A stretch of DNA of 64,000 bases from Candidatus Marinacidobacterales bacterium (GTDB taxonomy: Bacteria; Acidobacteriota; Vicinamibacteria; Marinacidobacterales; DATDRI01). Where the stretch lies: assembly GCA_965226495.1 (NCBI GenBank), contig OZ245365.1, forward strand, positions 4,864,001 through 4,928,000, given 5' to 3'. Shown piece by piece: positions 41,941-49,247 of the stretch. The position numbers and the translations under genes are program-made. The notes under the pieces were generated by a model, which had not been told where the DNA came from, did no database searches, and saw nothing but the letters and a program-made list of their open reading frames with translations. The number at the start of each line of letters is the position of its first letter. The stretch's first letter is position 1.

Positions 41941-42711
41941 TTATCGCCCAGCGGGGTAATGCAACTTGAACGAGATCCAGAAAAACCCTAGAACAAAGGA
42001 AAGTGCCCAACCAACCGCCCATCCTCCGAATATCACGGTCGACGACATGCCAATCGCTACCACAACACCCACCAATCCAAGGAGAACCAAATATATGACC
42101 GGCTCACCATAACGGTAGTGAAAGGGCCTCCTACGCAACCAACGATTGTTGATGCCTTCCCCTTTGGTCAAGCCGCCTAGCTGCCCGGCCGTTGTCCACC
42201 GGAAATCGATTTCTGAGATGTCCACAATCTCAGCCCGAACCTTCTCCTCATCTCCAGTCGAATACGGAGCCGCTACCAACGTCTCCAGCAACACCTTCGT
42301 ACCAGGGTTGAACAGATCCCACCGAATTTCGACTCTGTGGGGGCTCTCCACGTTCTTGCTGTCGAAGATGCTCTTGTAGTGAAGAGTCACTGTAGAATCG
42401 CTCTTCGTGATCTTGGCTCCGAGAACACGCCCCGGGGCATCCCAGGTCAGTGGGGTAACGATCTCATCCCCCTTCAAAGGTTTTTGCCCCGCGTTCTCGA
42501 TTACGAACGCAAACTTCGTGAGATCCTGGATCGTCGCCTGTTTGAACTGGATCGAGACCTCGTCAGTTAAATCCTCAGCCACCGCCATCATGGAGGTTGG
42601 GCGGAGTGCGCACCAAACAAGGCGGCGCTCCTTCCTGAAGAAGGTTAGGTAGATGGTAGCAAGAGCAGCAAGAGCAAGAACGCCAGTGCCAAAACCTACA
42701 AGAAATTGCAT
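41941..42711 (-). CDS. Hypothetical membrane protein (N-terminal anchor, beta-rich middle, two C-terminal TM helices), element cargo
   Basis: 256-aa ORF containing IENAG-KP...P and FNPG. Confidence 0.7.
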   Translation of the reverse strand: MQFLVGFGTGVLALAALATIYLTFFRKERRLVWCALRPTSMMAVAEDLTDEVSIQFKQATIQDLTKFAFVIENAGQKPLKGDEIVTPLTWDAPGRVLGAKITKSDSTVTLHYKSIFDSKNVESPHRVEIRWDLFNPGTKVLLETLVAAPYSTGDEEKVRAEIVDISEIDFRWTTAGQLGGLTKGEGINNRWLRRRPFHYRYGEPVIYLVLLGLVGVVVAIGMSSTVIFGGWAVGWALSFVLGFFWISFKLHYPAGR

Positions 42712-42746
42712 CCAAACCCCTACTCAGTCAATTGCACCTAATGCTA

Positions 42747-42959
42747 CTACCTTTTCTTCTTCTGGGCACGGGCCTTTGCTTCGCGGGCGGTCTTGGCGGC
42801 GTGTTGCTTTTCTGTAAGAAGTTGTAGGTTGGGAACCCTATCTGATCCACCGTCTTCAAGCGGGACTTTGTGGTCTACTTCCTTTCCTTTCGGAATCTTC
42901 GTCAAACCCTTCTTCTCCAGAAATCGCTCTACAACCTTTGGATCACGCTTGTTCGGCAT
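42747..42959 (-). CDS. Small HNH endonuclease-domain protein (70 aa)
   Basis: EVDHKVPLEDGGSD-VPNLQLL---QHAAKT motif. GGGAG RBS before 42959. Confidence 0.85.
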   Translation of the reverse strand: MPNKRDPKVVERFLEKKGLTKIPKGKEVDHKVPLEDGGSDRVPNLQLLTEKQHAAKTAREAKARAQKKKR

Positions 42960-43692
42960 GATGACTCCCTTCGTTTCTAAGGCTACCCCCCTGCCGGGCT
43001 TCGCGCAAGAAGACCCGGTACCTGAGAATCGCCGGAACCTCCCGCGTAGCATGGCGCGAGTCCAAGATCGGGAACGCCCGGTAACGTACCAGATCGCCGG
43101 GGCGCTGCCGGCGGGTGCTCCCTGACCTAAGGTCAGGGTCAGGCTGTGTTACAGGGGTTTCGATTTCGTGAAAAAAGGACCCAGCCGCCCCGGGGCGGAC
43201 ACACCATGTGAACCGGGAACCCCCTGGGCAAAGCTAGGCCGCTGAAACGGACCCGAGCGTCGAGAACTGGCGGTCCCTGCCGCCGCCTCTAGCTCGGAAA
43301 TGATTCCGTGTCGGCATTCCAACTATTAGACCCTAGTCGGCCGAAAAAAACGGTGATTTCTACGTTGGGGTTTACCTCACATTCTGTTAGGGGGAATTCC
43401 CTACGATCACTCCTCGCGTGGGTCGACGCGCAGTCGTCGGAGGCAGCGTGACGATCCCCAAGGTTCCTAAATCCAGGAACCCCTGCACCGCCGCACCCGC
43501 CCATCGAGGCGGAATTACATGATTACATCCTCGCCCGCGCCGCCCGGCGCAAGTGGCGGAGGTTCGGGTAGGGGGTCCCCGGGCCGCGGCGTCGTCAATG
43601 CTAACCTCTGGTAAAGTATCGGACCAATTGGTCCTATTCTTTTCGGGCTGTCCTACCGTCGTAGGGGCGCCCCTCGCTGCGAGCAAACCCCC

Positions 43693-43724
43693 ATTTCGAT
43701 CGCGCAAATTTGCGCGATCGAAAT
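43693..43724. repeat. Perfect 32-bp palindrome
   Basis: ATTTCGATCGCGCAAA|TTTGCGCGATCGAAAT. The core GCAAATTTGC recurs at 43731-43740. Confidence 0.95.
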
Positions 43725-43863
43725 CATTCGGCAAATTTGCCTCTTGATTTTCGGTTGTTCCGATCGCGGGTAGGGGTTCGCGTCCCGCGCTGCGAGCTTC
43801 AAAACCCCCCCGCTTAGCACATTCGAAGCATAACATCAAGCAAAAGTAGCCTCTGTAACTCGC

Positions 43864-43936
43864 TGTGTTATAATAGGTTACTAAGTTTCTTCAAAAGTCA
43901 AGAACACTTGACTTTTTAGTGTTTTTGTAGTATAAT
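43864..43936 (+). promoter_or_regulatory. Strong sigma-70 promoter(s) with operator-like inverted repeat
   Basis: TTGACT(43908)-17 bp-TATAAT(43931). Second extended -10, TGTGtTATAAT, at 43864-43874. Inverted repeat AAAAGTCAAG-aaca-CTTGACTTTT (43893-43916) covers the -35. Confidence 0.8.
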
Positions 43937-44095
43937 GCCTGCGAACAAAAAATCAATCCTTAGTTTCCTTTCTTGGTGATACTGCCGGCGGGGCTACGTA
44001 GCCCCGCCGCGCGTCATTGTTTCACCTCGAAAGTCGAAGCGTTATCAAGAAAGGTCCCAGAATATGAGAACCACCAAAAAACCGGAGATCCTCCG

Positions 44096-44689
44096 ATGTT
44101 ACAGGTAGTGATCCCGAGCCCTAACCTCCCTATCCCTCACTTCCCGCCGATGCCGATGCCGTTCCGCCGGCCGCCCCGCAAGGATCCGCGTCCGTATATA
44201 CCCCCGCTGCCCGATGGGGGGCGGGGTGATTTCGTCCCCGTCCCGCAGGTTGAGCCGCGGAATTCGGAGGCGGAACCCCAAGCGGCTGCGGAGCTACTCG
44301 ATCTCGAAGTCAGGCGCACATCCGAGCGCGATAGAAAGCGGCGCTATCGCATGCAGCGCCGCCTCGCTACGGGCACCGACCGCCCTCCCCTGACGCCCAT
44401 ACAGGCCCAGCGGGCTCGGATGTCCACGTTCGAGTGGACCCGGAAGAACCCCGAAAAAAAAGCGGCTCAGAACAGGCTAGCGGCTCGCCGACTGGCGGAG
44501 ACGTACGAGGGGCATCCTATCCGGCTAATTGAAGGCTTCCCCACATCGAGGGAAGTTGAAGGGCCTCCAGTTGAGCCTTTAACCAGATTCGAGCGGGATA
44601 ATTTGATGGCTAAATTTTTCCCATCTTGTAATCCGCAAACTGGCCGGATTACAAACCATTTACAAGAATCATTCACTCTTAAACACTGA
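44096..44689 (+). CDS. Hypothetical protein, proline-rich N-terminus and basic helical region
   Basis: Part of ORF 43973-44689. ATG at 44096 follows GGAG. First ORF after the strong promoter. Confidence 0.55.
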   Translation: MLQVVIPSPNLPIPHFPPMPMPFRRPPRKDPRPYIPPLPDGGRGDFVPVPQVEPRNSEAEPQAAAELLDLEVRRTSERDRKRRYRMQRRLATGTDRPPLTPIQAQRARMSTFEWTRKNPEKKAAQNRLAARRLAETYEGHPIRLIEGFPTSREVEGPPVEPLTRFERDNLMAKFFPSCNPQTGRITNHLQESFTLKH

Positions 44690-44940
44690 CACGAGGGGGT
44701 TTACTGTACTATGAAGGCATCTTGTAATCTTGTAACCTGTAATGTGGCTTCCTATAGGGTAAGGGCAAGATACGGTCCCATCCCGTCCCACCACCCCCAA
44801 ACGGGACCGTATCTGGGATTAGTAGTCTATATAGTTATTACAAGATTACAAAATTACAAGATACTATAACTAACAGATAACAACGGATTTACCTCGTAAA
44901 CATCTTGTAAATGAGGATATTACATGAATACAAGATCAAC
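44620..44940. repeat. Origin-like iteron cluster (consensus ATTACAAGAT) in inverted arrangement around a 12-bp inverted repeat
   Basis: About 13 copies. ATCTTGTAATCTTGTAACCTGTAAT (44719) faces ATTACAAGATTACAAAATTACAAGAT (44837). Central AGATACGGTCCC...GGGACCGTATCT. Confidence 0.75.
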
Positions 44941-44980
44941 CCCCTCGCTAGCGCGGAGGACACAAACGAAAGGAAAAAAA

Positions 44981-45499
44981 ATGAGAAAAACCGAACGACA
45001 GGCCCGGAGGTCAGACATGGCTCGCCGGCGGCCCGATGTTGAAACTGAATCCCGCATCACAACACCAGACGACGACGCCCCGGCCCCCTCGTGGGTCAGG
45101 TCAGCTCCCGGCGGCACAGCCGGATGGGCTAGCGCGGCCGGCCTCGTGGGCAAGGTCGCTATTACGATGCCCGAGGGGGCCGGATATTTTTTGCCATTTT
45201 ACTCGAAAGTTTTGATCGTCAATATGCAGCAAGCAAAAATTTCGTATTTGGTCGACAGCGTTTCGTGCTATCACGCGATGAATGGATTTTTCTTCGAGCC
45301 CGACGTCGAAAGCCTCGTGGAAGTTTTGGATGTTGCACAAGAAAACTTTAGAAAGAAAATTGCCCATCTAAATCTTATTGAAGATCAGCCGATAGAAACC
45401 GCGCTCGGCAAGCTGGCGAAATTTCCAATTTTAAAACTTGCTTATGATCGCATCTCGGCCGTCGTTGAATTCCAACATATTGAGAAAGGATCACACTAA
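44981..45499 (+). CDS. Hypothetical protein
   Basis: AACGAAAGGAAA RBS before ATG 44981. Stop overlaps the next start. Confidence 0.65.
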   Translation: MRKTERQARRSDMARRRPDVETESRITTPDDDAPAPSWVRSAPGGTAGWASAAGLVGKVAITMPEGAGYFLPFYSKVLIVNMQQAKISYLVDSVSCYHAMNGFFFEPDVESLVEVLDVAQENFRKKIAHLNLIEDQPIETALGKLAKFPILKLAYDRISAVVEFQHIEKGSH

Positions 45500-46371
45500 T
45501 GCTCGACTTGTTTCGAAGTAATGCACCCCGAAGTTTGTTAACGGCACTCCGGCCGGAAGAAAGTTTTCGCGCCGCGGCAACCGCTGATCTAATCCCAGTT
45601 AATGAGGATCTTTTGGAACTCCTCGAACTCGATGCTACAGACAATTCCGCCTTCCAAATTATTGCACGGGAAGAACGCGATACATTTTTCGCAAACAGCG
45701 GCGAGTGGCTCGAAATTCACGACGTCGAGCCCGGCCTCGAAGGGCGCCCCCGACTCGCAGCAACCCGGGAGCGCATGCGATCGTTGGGCGAGAAATCCAA
45801 AACGATCTTAAATTGTGACGCCGATTTGAACGGGCGTTTCCCTAATTATTTAATCGAAATTAAAAACCGCCGCGCAATGATTTCTGACGAACTCAAACGG
45901 CGCTATGATCTCGACAATTATCCCCAGCAACTTGTGGATGCTTTTGATGCTCGCGACAAGCTCACCGAAGCTCTCGAACAATTGAGACACGAGCAGGTCG
46001 TTCTATACAAAAATAATCGGTTTGATAACGATTTCAAAGATCGCCTGCTAAAATTACAAAACCAACAACTAGATGCTCAAAACGCCCAGCGTAAACTTGC
46101 GAGGACTTTCGATGTCTACGGCAACCCCCAACGGCGGTGGACAACCCCCGAGGAATGGGCGCCGTTCCGCGAGCGGCGGCTACTGCGCGACGAAACTTTG
46201 CGCATAGAAAAACAGCGGGTAGAACTCTCGCCGAATTTGGAGGCGCAAGCTGTTTTATTGGGAACAAACAAAATCGAAAAACCGCCGAGGCCGTACCCGA
46301 AAGCGGAAACGAAACCCCCCGAGCCCTCGGCACCGCCGACTACTTTAGACGGAGGCTTGCTGAGAAAATAA
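45499..46371 (+). CDS. Hypothetical alpha-helical/coiled-coil protein (290 aa)
   Basis: Long ORF, GAAAGGA RBS, TAATG coupling with the upstream gene. Confidence 0.75.
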   Translation: MLDLFRSNAPRSLLTALRPEESFRAAATADLIPVNEDLLELLELDATDNSAFQIIAREERDTFFANSGEWLEIHDVEPGLEGRPRLAATRERMRSLGEKSKTILNCDADLNGRFPNYLIEIKNRRAMISDELKRRYDLDNYPQQLVDAFDARDKLTEALEQLRHEQVVLYKNNRFDNDFKDRLLKLQNQQLDAQNAQRKLARTFDVYGNPQRRWTTPEEWAPFRERRLLRDETLRIEKQRVELSPNLEAQAVLLGTNKIEKPPRPYPKAETKPPEPSAPPTTLDGGLLRK

Positions 46372-46373
46372 TA

Positions 46374-46835
46374 ATGGATAACGTTAGAATAGAATACCCC
46401 CCGGAAACGGCGGAAACGGCGCCCCTAGTTTGCACGAGAATTGCGGACGCGGTTAAACTAAAAGTTGAGCATGCGCAACTGGCGAAGTGGCTCACGGATC
46501 TTGCAGAGCCCCACGTGAAAAAGCATCTCCCCGCGTGGAGGGTCGAAGTTGCAGAGTCGATCACGTCTAAGCAACTCAAAAGAGAATGCCGCGCGTTGAC
46601 TCTCGGTGGCCCGAAAATCATTAAGTTATCGATGTCGGCCCTCGGCAAGTTAACCCGCGAGCAAGTCGAAAACATAATCATGCACGAGATCGCGCACGGG
46701 CTCACACATGACGCGGGACGAGCTACTCGCTTCCATCACGGCCCTGCGTGGCAAGATGCCGCGAAGAATCTGGGGGTGAAGTTTGATACCCGCGATCTTG
46801 TTTTTTCGGATTCTCTTAATATGGGGTTGAAGTAG
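46374..46835 (+). CDS. SprT-like zinc metalloprotease domain protein
   Basis: IIMHEIAH...HHGPAWQDAAKNLG matches the SprT HExxH...HG-W signature. Start at 46374 after the preceding stop. Confidence 0.8.
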   Translation: MDNVRIEYPPETAETAPLVCTRIADAVKLKVEHAQLAKWLTDLAEPHVKKHLPAWRVEVAESITSKQLKRECRALTLGGPKIIKLSMSALGKLTREQVENIIMHEIAHGLTHDAGRATRFHHGPAWQDAAKNLGVKFDTRDLVFSDSLNMGLK

Positions 46836-46839
46836 AATT

Positions 46840-47560
46840 TCAAAGAGACTCACCGCTGCGAGCACTTTGTGATCCAGAAGGATTACAAGACTGAAGCCCA
46901 GGTTTAGGCACCGTGTGGTGCTAGCGTCACCGCCCATCCCAAGTTGGCGGAAATAAAAGTCGCGCCCGATAAAGTTAATGTGCTTAAGGTGTTGTTCACT
47001 TCATTCGCCTATCAATGGTCGGGTCGAACCGCCCGATAGGAAAGAGGTGATCAACTGGTCCGAGGTCCGAGGTGAGAACCCTTGGTTAGGTAAACTTGGT
47101 GATAGGGCGCACCGCTTGCCCAAGAGCTGCCAGCGGTGCATAACCCGTGATTTCGAGGGGGCGTAAACCCCCTCGAAACATTTTAACAAAACATTCTCCC
47201 CCCCTCCCCAAGGGATAAGGCTCACCCGCGACGGGTGAGCCTTAACTTTGGGGCGCGGCGCTCGGCTTGAGCCACGCCCTCGATCAACTGTATTTAGCCA
47301 CAGCGAGGGCGTGTGCCCGCCAGCGTTTGCAGCGTCGAGCCTGCGGGTGTCTGTGCGCTTGAAAGGGATAGGCACGCCAAGAATTTAAGAACGATTTTAG
47401 AAACGCCGGGGGCTCTCTTCCACCCCGGCTAGGGCACACTCCGATTGCCTCGGAGTTGTGCCCGAGGGGATTGGGTGGGTTGGGAACGGGATCACCGTCG
47501 GCCCTCTCCGCGGGGACGCGCTCCCTCCCCCCCGGCCCCTCATCGGACTGCGAGAACGGC
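46840..47560. ncRNA. Candidate large structured non-coding RNA or ssDNA structure
   Basis: No credible ORF. Strong stems at 47109-47139, 47151-47178, 47216-47244, 47273-47313, 47405-47429 and 47432-47463. Confidence 0.45.
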
Positions 47561-47803
47561 GACACTTGACGTTAGTGTTAGCTCGAAGCGAAAAAGAAAA
47601 AAAGATATTTAGTAATACGGTTGCCCTCAACTCGAAGCGGTAGGGACTCGAAAACCACGGAGGGGGGTGGGTGTCTACGCGAGCCCGGCCAGTTTTACAC
47701 TTTGCCGCCACTTTTTTCGAGATATATCAGTAAAAATAATGGTGTCGCGATTTTTCAATCGCGCAAAACCCCCGAAAATCAGGGGAGATAGGAGCGAAAA
47801 CGA

Positions 47804-48055
47804 ATGATTTCCAAGGAAAAGGCATTAGAAAGCGCCCTCTGTCATCACGACAGTCCCGAGCACCGGCTGATGGCCTGCTGGCAGTGTAAAACCGGATACG
47901 GAAATCGAAAACCGGAAGCCAAGTGCCGATCCGCGTTGGTTTTCGGGGGGACCTTCATAACGCCCGAAGGCGAGATGCCGATCTGCTTCGAGTGTAACAA
48001 AGTCGAAGAAAAACGGCGAGAGATGGCAGAGCAAGAGCGATATGGCAAAAAATAA
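47804..48055 (+). CDS. Small Cys-rich (zinc-finger-like) hypothetical protein
   Basis: CHH...H...CWQC...C...CFEC. AGGAG RBS. Confidence 0.65.
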   Translation: MISKEKALESALCHHDSPEHRLMACWQCKTGYGNRKPEAKCRSALVFGGTFITPEGEMPICFECNKVEEKRREMAEQERYGKK

Positions 48056-48479
48056 AGTCGGACGCCCTCGCAAGGGCAGCAAGGTCGATTTCGAGGCGGT
48101 GAGGGATCTCGCGATCCGCGGCGTCGAGCACGCCGATATCGTCGAGCACCTCGGGATCCATGAGCTTGTGCAAGTACAAGAGGCTAGCGTCAAGGTTCGA
48201 GAGACTGTGCGAGCCGGCCACGCGCAATTCCGGATCGCTATACAAAAGAAGCTCTATTCGGAGGGGGTTCTCGAAGGCAAAATTTCCAGCCTAAGAACGC
48301 TTGCGGAGAATTGGCTCGACAGATATGGGGACGCCGCCCCGAAAATTGACGAGGCAGGGATCGTCGAGGAGATCGCCTCCATCATGCAGGCCAACGCCGC
48401 GCTTCACAAAAAACACCACGCCGAAGAACCTTGCCACCTTGCCGGCTGCGGGACTTGCCGAGAACTACATGGGAACTAG
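48042..48479 (+). CDS. HTH protein resembling a phage small terminase subunit
   Basis: N-terminal VGRPRK followed by HTH-like VRDLAIRGVEHADIVEHLGI and helical IQKKLY...G...W. Pattern resembles TerS families; resemblance judged by eye. Confidence 0.5.
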   Translation: MAKNKVGRPRKGSKVDFEAVRDLAIRGVEHADIVEHLGIHELVQVQEASVKVRETVRAGHAQFRIAIQKKLYSEGVLEGKISSLRTLAENWLDRYGDAAPKIDEAGIVEEIASIMQANAALHKKHHAEEPCHLAGCGTCRELHGN

Positions 48480-48831
48480 AAAAAACAAACCAAGCAAAAC
48501 CTCGCAGCCTCGTCCGCGAGGAACTGTGGTCAGCCGAGTATCCGAAGCCCTCGGCGCTTTTTTCGGCGGCGATCTCGCGGATATAACGATCACCCTCGCG
48601 GACGGCTCGCAGATCAAAGTTACGGCGGCGGAGGTAATCCAGCGCGATCAACGTCGAGAACAATTCGAGATCGAGATCGACGAGCCCTTGCGGCTGCGGC
48701 TACTCGAAGCCCGCCGTCAGCACTTCCGAAAACACCACCCCGAAGTTTTAGGATTATCTCGCGGCGAGCCGGTTGACTCTGTGTTCGTCGGCACCTTGCA
48801 AGAATTTTTCCAGCGGCGACGCCGCCGCTAA
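48469..48831 (+). CDS. Hypothetical protein
   Basis: ATG 48469 overlaps the end of the preceding gene. Part of ORF 48301-48831. Confidence 0.6.
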   Translation: MGTRKNKPSKTSQPRPRGTVVSRVSEALGAFFGGDLADITITLADGSQIKVTAAEVIQRDQRREQFEIEIDEPLRLRLLEARRQHFRKHHPEVLGLSRGEPVDSVFVGTLQEFFQRRRRR

Positions 48832-48854
48832 TAACGAAAGGAAACAAAAAAACA

Positions 48855-49067
48855 ATGGCAGATTATGACGGCACAGAATTAGAAAAGCTAGCAGAGAAGA
48901 CGTCGCCCGACGAACTCGGCGACTTGATACTACGCCTCGAAGCGCGGGTCAGCTTAATTCAATTTCGGGTTAACGATCTGGAGCAAAGCGCTTACAAATC
49001 ACAAGAACAGATTCGAGCACTCGAAACGCGCAACGCGGAACTCGAAGCCCGTGCGGAGGTTCTATGA
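48855..49067 (+). CDS. Small coiled-coil protein
   Basis: Leucine heptads. AACGAAAGGAAA RBS identical to the one before 44981. Confidence 0.7.
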   Translation: MADYDGTELEKLAEKTSPDELGDLILRLEARVSLIQFRVNDLEQSAYKSQEQIRALETRNAELEARAEVL

Positions 49068-49216
49068 AGCTCAAGAAAAAACCTCGCCAGCTAGGTCGGT
49101 ATGGGCGCGGCTGGGCTTGGGTTACGAAGAAGAAAAGGAAAAATGGAAGGCACCGGATCCGTGACATACGGCGGGCTCCCGGCGGGCTGGATCTCGATTC
49201 TATGGGGTTGATCTGA
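49064..49216 (+). CDS. Very basic 50-aa protein (below the ORF-track length cutoff)
   Basis: MKLKKKPRQLGRYGRGWAWVTKKKRKNGRHRIRDIRRAPGGLDLDSMGLI. GGAGG RBS, ATGA overlap with the upstream stop. Confidence 0.45.
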   Translation: MKLKKKPRQLGRYGRGWAWVTKKKRKNGRHRIRDIRRAPGGLDLDSMGLI

Positions 49217-49247
49217 AACAATCACGACGTTAAAAGGAGGTGATCTT

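Noticed and set aside
46840-47560. Group II intron, retron or hammerhead ribozyme
   Set aside because: No domain V motif, no reverse transcriptase, and no CTGANGA...GAAA core noticed by eye on either strand.
43000-47800. CRISPR or other regularly spaced guide array in the element's non-coding blocks
   Set aside because: No constant repeat with regular unique spacers. The recurring motifs are short and irregularly spaced, and no cas or reverse transcriptase gene is present.
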